Assembly (NCBI GenBank): GCA_964569695.1
Contig: CAZMUA010000005.1
Coordinates: 18,904-82,903 of the forward strand
Source of the DNA: an uncultured Woeseiaceae bacterium
GTDB lineage: Bacteria > Acidobacteriota > Vicinamibacteria > Vicinamibacterales > UBA823
Direction of reading: 5' to 3'
Length of the DNA stretch: 64,000 nucleotides
Shown: positions 1 to 12,325 of the stretch, piece by piece
How the letters are laid out: each line of letters opens with the position of its first letter
Position numbering within the stretch: position 1 is the stretch's first letter
The notes under the pieces: model-generated
The model's database searches: none
The model's input: the letters and a program-made list of their open reading frames with translations, nothing else
What the model was told of the DNA's origin: nothing
Made by a program: the position numbers and the translations under genes

Positions 1-2
1 GT

Positions 3-458
3 GGGCGTCCGGCGTTCGGACTGCGCCTAGCGACGCGTTTACCTAATGCTAACAACGAGAGTGGATTAGGACTGGATACGACAGATTATTTTGCGTCGTT
101 CCTGCTTGGCAAGACTGTGCAGTCGGTTCGTATTGTTGGGAACGTTGGTCTCGGGGTGGTAGGTGATCCGACCAAGGGGTATCAACATAGTCAACTCTTG
201 CTTTACGGAGTGTCAATATCTCGTGCGATTTTCAATGCGTTGGAAGTAGTTACTGAGATTAATGGTCGACACAATACGAAGCAAGGGACACCGCAACTTG
301 GTGCTGAGAATAGTTCACTGATGCGATTCGGTGCACGATACACGATTGGTGGCGCACGAATCGATAGTGCGGTGTTAGTGGGGATGAGATCCACGGATCC
401 TAGCATCGGAATCACTCTCGGATTTACCTATGTCTTTAAAGCATTTCAGGCGCCATAG
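3..458 (+). CDS. 3' fragment of a putative outer-membrane beta-barrel protein (5' end outside the window)
   Basis: Frame 3 is open from the window edge to the stop at 456-458; the listed ORF 117..458 is only the part from its first Met. It shows a strand-like alternating hydrophobic/polar pattern and an aromatic-rich C-terminus (LGFTYVFKAF). I did not recognise the family. Confidence 0.35.
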   Translation, partial: GRPAFGLRLATRLPNANNESGLGLDTTDYFASFLLGKTVQSVRIVGNVGLGVVGDPTKGYQHSQLLLYGVSISRAIFNALEVVTEINGRHNTKQGTPQLGAENSSLMRFGARYTIGGARIDSAVLVGMRSTDPSIGITLGFTYVFKAFQAP

Positions 459-474
459 CCTATAGAAGACAGAA

Positions 475-1278
475 ATGCTCGACATCGTTAAGGCACACGC
501 TTACGGGAATGACTTTTTGTTTGTTGACGCAGATCGAGTTGCTGAGGCGTCACGGGCACCCCTCGCGAAGCGGGTCTGCAGTCGACATACTGGGATTGGC
601 GCCGATGGACTTGCGTTTTATACCAGAACGTCTGACGGTGCGGCGATGAAGTTGCTTAACGCAGATGGCAGTTATTCTGAAGTGTCAGGAAACGGTGTGC
701 GCTGTTTGGCCGCCTTAATACTATCGTTTCAGAAGAGGCTTCAGGCTGGAAGTCAGGTCACGATTCATACCGACGTGGGGCCTAAGCAATTGACGGTCGT
801 CGAAGCAGCAGGCCCACGATTCACATTTAAGGCTGCAATGGGCAAGCCAGAAGAAATTCAACTGAAAAATATCGACGTGGAGGGTGAACAGTTAGATGTG
901 GTTACCTTGCGTGTTGGTAATCCGCAGTGTGTTGTGCTTGGTGCGTTACCTCCAGAAGAACGATTTAGGCGTTTAGCGAAAGCATTGGCGACTCATTCTG
1001 TTTTCCCAGCTGGTACAAACGTAGAATTTGCGGAGGTCGTCTCAGAAAAATGTATACGTATTGCGATCTGGGAACGTGGGGTAGGGCCCACAGAGGCATC
1101 GGGAACGGGTGCCTGTGCAGCGGCTGTGGCGGCTGCGTTGTATGGGAGTGCCGGTCGTGATGTCGAAGTCATTGCACCTGGTGGAACGCAACGTGTCGTC
1201 TGGGAAGGAGGAGGTCTTACTCTTACTGGATGGACTGAACTGCTTCATACTTCACAATGGCTCATTCCGATCGAGTGA
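475..1278 (+). CDS. dapF: diaminopimelate epimerase
   Basis: 267 aa. It has the N-terminal 'AHAYGNDFLF' motif and two catalytic-Cys contexts ('SGNGVRC', 'ASGTGACAAA') typical of DapF. Confidence 0.9.
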   Translation: MLDIVKAHAYGNDFLFVDADRVAEASRAPLAKRVCSRHTGIGADGLAFYTRTSDGAAMKLLNADGSYSEVSGNGVRCLAALILSFQKRLQAGSQVTIHTDVGPKQLTVVEAAGPRFTFKAAMGKPEEIQLKNIDVEGEQLDVVTLRVGNPQCVVLGALPPEERFRRLAKALATHSVFPAGTNVEFAEVVSEKCIRIAIWERGVGPTEASGTGACAAAVAAALYGSAGRDVEVIAPGGTQRVVWEGGGLTLTGWTELLHTSQWLIPIE

Positions 1279-1467
1279 TTAAGGACGGATTGGCCACACT
1301 TCAACTTTAAAGCAATATCCGTTTAATCAAGGCGCTGAGTGGTCTACACTTGATGGGTTACTTGATTGTGTCGATTAGTGTTCAATTGTGATCAGTAACG
1401 CAGTCATCACGGTTTCAGTTAAGAGAGTTTAACAAAAAAGCACTGCACTTTAGGATGAAAAGGGTCA

Positions 1468-2736
1468 ATGTCAAAAGTACTCTACTTTGATTGTTTTTCG
1501 GGCGCATCAGGCGACATGATTCTTGGATCTTTGCTTGATGCCGGTCTTCCAATCGAGGAGTTGCGCGGTGCTCTCGGAAGTTTGGCCCTCGACGGCATGT
1601 CCATTGAGGCAGAGTCCGTGGATCGTGCTGGCGTGGCAGCGATCAAGTTTCGTTTACGTGAAAATGGTCAAGTTGTGGATGGCTCGGACCCTACTCCTAA
1701 AAAACATCATCATGACCACGATCACCACTCGGACAAGTCACATCATCATCATTCTCATCGCAGTATCGATGAAATATTAGAACTTGTAGGGCGGTCAAAC
1801 CTTTCTGAAACTGCAAAGACAAGCGTAGGGCATTTATTTGGTCGTCTGGCAACGGCTGAAGCTGCAATTCATCAGATGCCAGTTAATGAAGTGCATCTCC
1901 ATGAAGTAGGGGCGCTAGATTCGATCATTGACATTGTGGGTGCAACGTTTGGGTTTGAATGGTTCGCTCCTGATGAGGTCGTTGTTTCACCGCTCAATGT
2001 TGGTTCAGGGACGGTGGAATGTGCCCACGGTATCTATCCGGTTCCAGCCCCGGCGACAGCGCGGCTTTTGGAAGGCTCACCTATATATGCGAGTGGTGAG
2101 GCCGGTGAATTGGTCACACCGACCGGAGCCCTGCTCATGACTGAATGGGCGACTTCATACGGTCCGCTTCCGCCCATGACAATCAGTCGTGTGGGATATG
2201 GCGCCGGAGAACGTAATAGGGCGGATTCACCAAATGTACTCCGCCTCCTTGTTGGCGAGTCGGCAGATATTGATGTAGGTGAACGTGTTGTCGTTTTGGA
2301 ATGTGAAATTGACGACATGAATCCTCAGATCTTTGGACTATTAATGTCACGCCTGCACGAAGCTGGGGCACTCGATGTGTTTTATGTGCCTGTGCAGATG
2401 AAAAAAGATAGACCAGGAACGTTGGTGACTGTTATTTCACCGCTAGGATTACGCGAGACGTTGAGCGAAATTCTGTTCCGGGAGAGCACCACACTAGGTA
2501 TTCGCTATCATGAGACTCGACGTGAGCGGCTCGAACGAACGTGGATGACGGTTGAGACTTCTCTTGGTGCCGTTCGTATCAAACTTGCCCGTCGCGGCAA
2601 CCAGGTTCTAAATGCCGCACCAGAATTCGATGACTGCTTGCAACTAGCAAAACAGCACGACGTACCTGTCAAGCATGTTCAGGCTCTAGCTCAGAAGGCC
2701 TATCTTGATATGAGTGACAAAGCAAGAGGAAAGTAA
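1468..2736 (+). CDS. larC: nickel insertion protein LarC (DUF111 family)
   Basis: 422 aa. The N-terminal 'LYFDCFSGASGDM' signature and an internal His-rich stretch (KKHHHDHDHHSDKSHHHHSH, 1705-1758) are typical of LarC. No larA, larB or larE is nearby. Confidence 0.85.
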   Translation: MSKVLYFDCFSGASGDMILGSLLDAGLPIEELRGALGSLALDGMSIEAESVDRAGVAAIKFRLRENGQVVDGSDPTPKKHHHDHDHHSDKSHHHHSHRSIDEILELVGRSNLSETAKTSVGHLFGRLATAEAAIHQMPVNEVHLHEVGALDSIIDIVGATFGFEWFAPDEVVVSPLNVGSGTVECAHGIYPVPAPATARLLEGSPIYASGEAGELVTPTGALLMTEWATSYGPLPPMTISRVGYGAGERNRADSPNVLRLLVGESADIDVGERVVVLECEIDDMNPQIFGLLMSRLHEAGALDVFYVPVQMKKDRPGTLVTVISPLGLRETLSEILFRESTTLGIRYHETRRERLERTWMTVETSLGAVRIKLARRGNQVLNAAPEFDDCLQLAKQHDVPVKHVQALAQKAYLDMSDKARGK

Positions 2737-2745
2737 GTTTAGGGG

Positions 2746-4272
2746 ATGTCTCGATTTTATTTAACTACCGCGATCGATTACGTGAACAGCCGGCCGCACT
2801 TGGGGACTGCCTACGAAAAGATCACAGCCGATGTGATTGCTCGTTACCAGCGGTTGCGCGGAGTCTCAACACATTTTGTGATGGGTAATGACGAGCATTC
2901 ACAGAATGTATACCGACGGGCGCAAGAATTAGGAGTTGACCCGTTGTCGTATTGCGAACGGATGGAGGTCGAATTTCGTGAAATCTGGAAAACACTCGAC
3001 GTGTCGTTTGATGACTTCATACGAACAACTGAAGATCGCCATCGAGCCTCAGTTTCATTGATGGTAAAGAAGATTGCAGACGCTGGTGATCTTTATGAAG
3101 GATTTTATGAAGGTTGGTACTGCGTGTCGTGCGAATCATTCAAGCAGGAAAAGGACCTCATTGATGGGAATTGTCCAGTTCATCGGAGCCGACCAGATTG
3201 GATCAAGGAGAAAAATCATTTCTTTCGTCTTTCAAAGTATCGCGAGGCTCTCCTTAGGCATTTCGAGTCGCACCCCGAGTTCTTGTGTCCTGAGATTAGA
3301 CGCAACGAGATTATGAAGTTACTAGAGTCTGGGTTAGAAGACATTTCTGTCAGTCGTAGCGGTCAGTCGTGGGGTATCCCACTGCCGTCTGCCCCAGAGA
3401 GTGTTGTTTATGTCTGGTTCGATGCGTTAATAAATTACATATCGGCCGTTGGCTTTGGGACTGACGAAGATCGTGTTGCTGCTTGGTGGCCCGCTGATCT
3501 GCATATCGTGGGTAAGGACATTACTCGGTTTCATAGTGTCGTATGGCCAGCGATGTTATTAAGCGCTGGCCAGGAATTACCTCGCCAGGTGTTTGGTCAT
3601 GGATGGGTGCATTTTAAGGGGCATCGCATGAGTAAGTCACTCGGAACCAGCCTTGATCCCTTAGAGGCGGTTGCTCGAGCTGGTGTCGACCCGCTTAGGC
3701 TGTATCTTGTGAGCGAGATACCGTACGGCCAGGATGGTGACTTTTCGTGGGACCGCTTTGAAGAACGTTACAATGCTGATCTCGCAAACAATTTAGGTAA
3801 TCTAGTCAGTCGGATTAGTGCAATGGTTCATAAGTACCGAGAAGGAAATCTTGCTACTCCTTCTGGAAGTTCGGGGCGGCTGGCACATCTCGCCGAGGAA
3901 GTCGTGGGACGTTACCAGGCAGCCATGGAGCGTTATGCTCTGCATGAAGCTACTGCTGCGACTTATCGGCTGGTGGATGCTACCAATGAGTATATTACCG
4001 AGACTGAGCCATGGAAACTGGCTTCTGAAGATGGAGAAGCAGGGCAATTAACGAGAGTGCTGTACGACATTTCCGAGGCTGTTCGGATTATCGGAATCCT
4101 TTTAGGTCCAGTGATGCCGAACGCCGGAAGAGAAATCGTACGGCGCATGGGTGGTGAGGCATCGGAACGTGACGAACATTGGACGCAAGCAACCACTTGG
4201 CGAACCGAAAGTGCCCGAACCATTCTCCGAGGTGAATCCATGTGGCCACGTCTGGAGACTAAGAGCTCGTGA
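2746..4272 (+). CDS. metG: methionyl-tRNA synthetase, short form lacking the C-terminal tRNA-binding domain
   Basis: 508 aa class I aaRS with a HIGH-type 'RPHLGTAYE' motif, a 'KMSKSLG' motif and a Cys/His knuckle 'CVSCES...CPVH'. Confidence 0.95.
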   Translation: MSRFYLTTAIDYVNSRPHLGTAYEKITADVIARYQRLRGVSTHFVMGNDEHSQNVYRRAQELGVDPLSYCERMEVEFREIWKTLDVSFDDFIRTTEDRHRASVSLMVKKIADAGDLYEGFYEGWYCVSCESFKQEKDLIDGNCPVHRSRPDWIKEKNHFFRLSKYREALLRHFESHPEFLCPEIRRNEIMKLLESGLEDISVSRSGQSWGIPLPSAPESVVYVWFDALINYISAVGFGTDEDRVAAWWPADLHIVGKDITRFHSVVWPAMLLSAGQELPRQVFGHGWVHFKGHRMSKSLGTSLDPLEAVARAGVDPLRLYLVSEIPYGQDGDFSWDRFEERYNADLANNLGNLVSRISAMVHKYREGNLATPSGSSGRLAHLAEEVVGRYQAAMERYALHEATAATYRLVDATNEYITETEPWKLASEDGEAGQLTRVLYDISEAVRIIGILLGPVMPNAGREIVRRMGGEASERDEHWTQATTWRTESARTILRGESMWPRLETKSS

Positions 4273-4302
4273 AGTAGTTAATGTTTAAAAGGAGACTCCA
4301 AA

Positions 4303-4728
4303 ATGACCCAAATTGATGACTCCCCTCTACCTACGTCGACTTCTGATTCTGATCAGATATCCTCTGCGGAAGCACCAAGTGCGACGCCAGAAGCGGATAC
4401 CAGGATAACCATCGACGAGTTTATGAAGGTTGAGTTGCGGGTCGCTAAAGTGGTGACGGCTGAACGAGTGCCAAAGTCAAAAAAGCTTATTAAGTTGGAG
4501 GTTGATTTGGGTTCAGAAGTTCGTGTGGTTGTGGCTGGTATAGCCAGAGCTTATGAACCTGAAGCCTTAGTGGGACGAACCGTCGTGGTTGTAGCGAACC
4601 TCAAGCCAGCCAAATTAATGGGTGTCGAATCAAATGGGATGGTTCTTGCGGCGAGCCTTGAGGGGGATGTGCCGATGTTGGTTGGATTCGGAGATCAGCC
4701 ACCAACTCTTGGTGCCCGGGTGAGATAG
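4303..4728 (+). CDS. stand-alone OB-fold tRNA-binding domain protein (MetRS C-terminal domain / Trbp111 / CsaA-like)
   Basis: 141 aa. A low-complexity N-terminal linker is followed by 'VELRVAKVVTAERVPKSKKLIKLEVDLG' and 'VVVANLKPAKLMGVESNGMVLAA'. It has its own SD (AAGGAG, 4289-4294). It lies in the same frame as metG but is separated from it by two stops. Confidence 0.85.
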   Translation: MTQIDDSPLPTSTSDSDQISSAEAPSATPEADTRITIDEFMKVELRVAKVVTAERVPKSKKLIKLEVDLGSEVRVVVAGIARAYEPEALVGRTVVVVANLKPAKLMGVESNGMVLAASLEGDVPMLVGFGDQPPTLGARVR

Positions 4729-4730
4729 TT

Positions 4731-5531
4731 TTGGAAAACCAAGCAATCGGACTACTGGATTCCCACTGTCACTTGGCCGATGAAGCATTCATTGGAGACC
4801 TCAACGAGGTCGTGGGACGGGCTCGGGATGCGGGCCTTGAGCAGATTCTTTGCATTCTAGCGGCTGGTAATCAGGCAGAATATAAACAGGCCAAGCGACT
4901 GCAAACAATTTGGCCAAACGTGTGTTTCGCGATTGGTGTGCATCCACATCAGGCCTCGGAGTATGCCGGGCGTGTTGATGAAGTGGTTCGCGATGTGCGA
5001 GAAGCGATTGAAGTCGAACCATCGGTTAGGGTGGTTGGAGAAATCGGGCTTGACTACCATTATGATTTTTCACCACGTGACGTCCAACGTGAAGTCTTTC
5101 ACCGACAAGTCACGCTGGCGAGGGAATTACGATTGCCAGTGAGCATACACACGCGAGAGGCTGAAACTGATACCGTAGCAATCCTTGAGGAAGCTGGTGG
5201 CAGGGAAGTGCGCGGCGTGTTTCACTGTTTTGCTGGCGATGCATCGTTGGCTAACCAAGCTTTAGCGTTGGGCTTCCATGTTTCGTTTTCTGGCATGCTT
5301 ACCTTTAAACGCGCTGAGGCGCTGAGGGCCATCGCGTCCGAGGTTCCAGTCGATCGCTTATTAATTGAAACAGACGCGCCCTATCTTGCACCAGTGCCAT
5401 ATCGTGGTAAAAGAAACGAACCGGCGTGGGTCAGTCGCGTGCTTGAAGTATTAGCTGAAGTTCGTGGTACAACGGTTGAGCTTCTGTCTGAGCAAGTGAT
5501 GACGAATTTTCGAGCTTTGGTAAGGCTTTGA
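4731..5531 (+). CDS. TatD/YcfH-family metal-dependent hydrolase
   Basis: 266 aa with the motifs 'DSHCHL', 'GEIGLDYHY', 'HTREA', 'HCF' and 'ETDAPYL'. TTG start. The metG-tatD synteny is common. Confidence 0.85.
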   Translation: MENQAIGLLDSHCHLADEAFIGDLNEVVGRARDAGLEQILCILAAGNQAEYKQAKRLQTIWPNVCFAIGVHPHQASEYAGRVDEVVRDVREAIEVEPSVRVVGEIGLDYHYDFSPRDVQREVFHRQVTLARELRLPVSIHTREAETDTVAILEEAGGREVRGVFHCFAGDASLANQALALGFHVSFSGMLTFKRAEALRAIASEVPVDRLLIETDAPYLAPVPYRGKRNEPAWVSRVLEVLAEVRGTTVELLSEQVMTNFRALVRL

Positions 5532-5656
5532 ATCCTAGCCGAACACGAATTCTGTTCGATAAGGACCTGTTACGTTGACACTCCGTGCGGGAGTATGGTC
5601 TGATCGCCTCTTATCAGCTAGCACTGTGTAGCACCTGTTGACCCACGAGTAAGATT

Positions 5657-8726
<3,070 letters not shown>

Positions 8727-8779
8727 TAGATTGTCAGTTACGATGAGAACCACTGATTACGTAGTTGATCTTTGAAAAT

Positions 8780-9195
8780 CCGTCGTAGGCGGCCAGACGA
8801 TCGCCGCGTTCGTCCAAGTAATTGGACGACGGGGAGGAAAGTCCGAACTCCGTAGGGTAGTGCGCCGGGTAATGCCCGGTCAGGGTGACCTGAAGGAAAG
8901 TGGCACAGAAAACATACCGCCACGATTGCGAACCCTCTGGGTACACGTTGTGGTAAGGGTGAAAAGGTGCGGTAAGAGCGCACCGCGTTTACCGTAAGGT
9001 AAATGGCAGGCTAAACCCCGCACGGAGCAAGACCAAATAGGGAAGCGTTTTAGGACGACCCGTCCAAAGCTTCCGGGTAGGTTGCTTGATCCTGTCAGCA
9101 ATGACTGGACTAGAGGAATGATCGTCACCAAAGCTTAGTTGCGTAAGCGATTAGGACTAGGTACAGAATTCGGCTTATGGCAAACCTACGACGGA
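8780..9195 (+). ncRNA. rnpB: RNase P RNA, bacterial type A
   Basis: It carries GGAGGAAAGTCCG (8833-8845), GTGGCACAGAAAACATACCGCC, GGTAAGGGTGAAAAGGTGCGGTAAGAGCGCACC, AGCAAGACCAAATAGGGAAG and ACAGAATTCGGCTTAT. The P1 helix pairs CCGTCGTAGG (8780-8789) with CCTACGACGG (9185-9194). Confidence 0.93.
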
Positions 9196-9317
9196 CCTTT
9201 TTGACTGTTTTAAGGAAGTTACTAGTTGTTGGATTTCCGAGATGAATGGTGTAAAGCTGGCTTTAAGTTATAACGGTAATAATTGTTTGATGGTGCGTTA
9301 ATTTTATAGTTCTTAAT

Positions 9318-10259
9318 ATGTCTTCATATCTCGTCACAGGTGGAGCCGGATTCATCGGGTCGCATTTGGTAATGCGATTACTTCACGACGGACATTACGT
9401 TCGTGTCGTAGATAATCTGGTTACCGGAAGCCATGCGAACCTTCCTGAACCTGAACGAGTTGATTTCATTGAGGCCGATCTTGCCAACGCGGAAATCGCA
9501 CAAAAGGTTGTTCAAGGTATGGAGTTTGTTCTTCATCAAGCCGCGATTCCTTCAGTGCCTCGCTCGGTGAGTGACCCGGTGACCTCACATCGCGCTAACG
9601 TGGATGCCACTCTTAATCTTTTGTGCGCTGCTCGTGATGCGAAGGTGGCGAGGTTGATTTTCGCGGGCTCGTCTTCGGTTTACGGTGATACGCCCACATT
9701 ACCTAAACATGAGTCGATGCCGGCAGATCCACGTTCACCGTATGCACTTCAAAAGTTTATCGGTGAACAGTATAGCCAGTTATTTACAGAGCTCTACGGT
9801 CTTGAAACAACGACAATTCGATATTTTAACGTGTTTGGTCCACGTCAAGATCCAGGGTCACCTTATTCTGGTGTTATTTCACGCTTTATTAAATTACTGC
9901 TTGCTGGTGAGCCTCCTACAATTCACGGGGATGGTGAGCAGACACGAGATTTCACATACGTGGACAATGTCGTAGACGCAGTATTGGCGGCGTGTTCGGC
10001 TCCGAATGCCGTTGGTCGGGTCATGAATGTCGCGATGGGCGAGCGCACCTCACTTAAGCAATTAGTGTCGATGTTGTCAGATATTATCGGCGTGGCAGTT
10101 GAGCCGATTTACGGAGACCCTCGCGAGGGGGACGTACGTGACTCTCAAGCTGACTGTGCTTTGGCTCAGGAAGTGCTTAATTATCAGCCCCGTATTTCAT
10201 TTCAGGAAGGTTTGCGCCGGACGGTAGACTGGTATCGCCAGTCATCCGTTCATTCATAA
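9318..10259 (+). CDS. NAD-dependent nucleotide-sugar epimerase/dehydratase (extended SDR)
   Basis: 313 aa with 'TGGAGFIGSH' (Rossmann fold) and catalytic 'SPYALQK' (YxxxK). Substrate unknown. Confidence 0.85.
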   Translation: MSSYLVTGGAGFIGSHLVMRLLHDGHYVRVVDNLVTGSHANLPEPERVDFIEADLANAEIAQKVVQGMEFVLHQAAIPSVPRSVSDPVTSHRANVDATLNLLCAARDAKVARLIFAGSSSVYGDTPTLPKHESMPADPRSPYALQKFIGEQYSQLFTELYGLETTTIRYFNVFGPRQDPGSPYSGVISRFIKLLLAGEPPTIHGDGEQTRDFTYVDNVVDAVLAACSAPNAVGRVMNVAMGERTSLKQLVSMLSDIIGVAVEPIYGDPREGDVRDSQADCALAQEVLNYQPRISFQEGLRRTVDWYRQSSVHS

Positions 10260-10268
10260 GGAGTCCAG

Positions 10269-10589
10269 ATGCCAGTTATTAACCTCAATGACAGCGCCCT
10301 TCGAGAAATGATGCCAGGCTTTAATGGTCATTTGGTTCATACCGAGGGGATGACATTTGTTGAGTGGCATGTCACAGCAGGAGCGTTGCTTCCCGAGCAT
10401 TCTCACCCACACGAGCAAGTCACTGCAGTTCAAGAAGGCGAATTTGAAATGACGATCGATGGTAGTAAAAACCAACTGACACCAGGCTCGGTCGCGGTAA
10501 TACCTTCGAATGTTCTACACTCTGGACGAGCTGTGACGGACTGCACAATCATTGACGTGTTTCAGCCAGTGCGAGAGGATTATCGCTAG
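10269..10589 (+). CDS. cupin domain protein
   Basis: 106 aa. The 'HSHPHEQVTAVQEGEFE' and 'IPSNVLHSG' motifs resemble the cupin metal-binding pattern. Confidence 0.7.
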   Translation: MPVINLNDSALREMMPGFNGHLVHTEGMTFVEWHVTAGALLPEHSHPHEQVTAVQEGEFEMTIDGSKNQLTPGSVAVIPSNVLHSGRAVTDCTIIDVFQPVREDYR

Positions 10590-10627
10590 AGGATCGCTTT
10601 AGCATCCTCCTGCCTGTTCTGAGCTCG

Positions 10628-11212
10628 ATGTTGGATTTGACAATGGCTGTAGTAGCTGGATGGCTGGCCGGGCTCCTTTCACTCTTAGCTTTTGTTCCAT
10701 ATATCCTGAGTACACTTCGGGGTTACACTAAACCCAATCGGGCTACTTGGTGGATTTGGACGGTCAATAGCTTTGTAATCGCTGCTAGTTATTACTCATC
10801 TGGTGCGACCAATACAATCTGGGTTGCACTTGGTTATTCCATCGGCTCTCTCGCAACAGCAATTCTCTCGGTTCGATTTGGCACAGGTGGGTGGACTTGG
10901 TTGGACCGTAATTGTCTAGCTATGGCGGCAATTGCGCTCTTTTGTTGGTGGTGGTTTGATTCAGCCTTGATTGCCTTGCTCATGTCTCTGAGTGTCGACT
11001 TTGCTGGGGCCTTGCCAACGATTCGGAAGGCGTACCAGGAGCCAGAGACCGAAGATAGGATCGCTTGGAGTTTATTCTTGTCTGGTAACTGTATTAATTT
11101 ATTGGCCATAGATCGGTGGATGTTTAGGATTGTTGTTTATCCGGCTTACATGGTTTTAGCAAGTGGTGCTATTGCGTTTCTTGTACTGCGGACGAAATTG
11201 AGTAACGATTGA
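10628..11212 (+). CDS. hypothetical integral membrane protein (about 6 TM)
   Basis: 194 aa with several hydrophobic Trp-rich segments. I did not recognise the family. Confidence 0.5.
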   Translation: MLDLTMAVVAGWLAGLLSLLAFVPYILSTLRGYTKPNRATWWIWTVNSFVIAASYYSSGATNTIWVALGYSIGSLATAILSVRFGTGGWTWLDRNCLAMAAIALFCWWWFDSALIALLMSLSVDFAGALPTIRKAYQEPETEDRIAWSLFLSGNCINLLAIDRWMFRIVVYPAYMVLASGAIAFLVLRTKLSND

Positions 11213-11268
11213 GAACCGTATTTTCAAGTTCAGTAGCTTGAGAAGCCGTCGTCCGATACACTGATTGC

Positions 11269-12183
11269 ATGGTGCTGGCTAATAGCGATTCGGTCCGGTT
11301 AATACGTGACATATACGCCGAACGACAATCCGGTGAGCGGCCTGTTATATCAATAGAATTTTTCACTCCGAAAACAAGTAGGGGCGATCAAGTGCTTAGG
11401 GAGAGCACTCTCCCGGCCCTAATACGACTAAGACCAGATTACTGTTCGGTAACTTACGGTGCTGGTGGAAGCACCAAATCGAAAACCCTGTCTGTGGTGG
11501 ATATGATTCAACGCCAGTTCGGATTAACAGCTATGGCTCATTTGACCTGTGTGGAGTCAAGCAGACAGGATATACGTGCCGTTTTAGATGAAGCAAGAAA
11601 ATTAAACATTCAGAATATACTTGCGCTTCGAGGAGATCCTCCAGGTGGTAGTGGAGAGTTCGTCAAAGCCGATGACGGATTCGAGTACTCTTATGAGTTG
11701 GTGCGGTTTATTAAAGCTTCGGGCGATTTCTGTGTAGGAACAGCTGGCTTTCCGGAAGGGCATATAGACTGCACTGAGGGAAAACACGTTGATTGGGGTT
11801 ACTTGAAGAATAAGGTCGACTGTGGAGCGGACTTTGTCCTGACACAGTTGTTTTTTGACAATGGTGATTTTTTTCAATTTCGTGACTATGTTGTCAGAAA
11901 ACTAGGGTTAACGGTTCCCATTTGTCCCGGGGTGCTTCCTATTTTGTCCACAAAACAAATCTCCAAGTTTACCCAATTGTGTGGAGCCCGTATTCCTAAG
12001 TTGCTAGCTGCACGCTTGGAATCATTAGGTGATGATGACGACGCAACAACTGCATTCGGCATCGAGTATGCGACCAAGCAGTGCGAAGAGCTCATCCGAG
12101 AAGGTGTAGTTGGGCTTCATATGTATTCTCTAAATAAAGCTCACTCGACTTCTGCAATCATAAAAAATTTAGGATTGTCCTAA
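11269..12183 (+). CDS. metF: 5,10-methylenetetrahydrofolate reductase
   Basis: 304 aa with 'ISIEFFTPKT', 'SVTYGAGGST', 'ILALRGDPP' and 'TQLFFDN'. Confidence 0.9.
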   Translation: MVLANSDSVRLIRDIYAERQSGERPVISIEFFTPKTSRGDQVLRESTLPALIRLRPDYCSVTYGAGGSTKSKTLSVVDMIQRQFGLTAMAHLTCVESSRQDIRAVLDEARKLNIQNILALRGDPPGGSGEFVKADDGFEYSYELVRFIKASGDFCVGTAGFPEGHIDCTEGKHVDWGYLKNKVDCGADFVLTQLFFDNGDFFQFRDYVVRKLGLTVPICPGVLPILSTKQISKFTQLCGARIPKLLAARLESLGDDDDATTAFGIEYATKQCEELIREGVVGLHMYSLNKAHSTSAIIKNLGLS

Positions 12184-12325
12184 TAGATCTATCAGACGTC
12201 GTTCTTCAAAGGTGGGTTGACCTGTTCGTCTTCGACATAGTACGTTTAGGATCGGTTTGCCTCAGATATTCGCGTTTGATTGATGCCACAATACCTAGAC
12301 ACTATCAAGCGTAAGATCTCAAAGT

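Noticed and set aside
1705-1758. A His/Asp-rich run (HHHDHDHHSDKSHHHHSH) that I considered as a repeat expansion or artefact.
   Set aside because: A His-rich metal-binding segment at this position is a normal feature of LarC proteins.
4270-4305. Possible frameshift, read-through or sequencing error joining metG to the downstream tRNA-binding domain, since both are in the same frame.
   Set aside because: Two in-frame stops (TGA, TAA) and a well-placed AAGGAG plus ATG argue for independent translation rather than one broken gene.
8734-9131. Three overlapping minus-strand ORFs of 70-83 aa (8734..8946, 8738..8983, 8880..9131).
   Set aside because: They lie antisense to an unmistakable RNase P RNA (rnpB) on the plus strand, and their products look like random translation of structured RNA.
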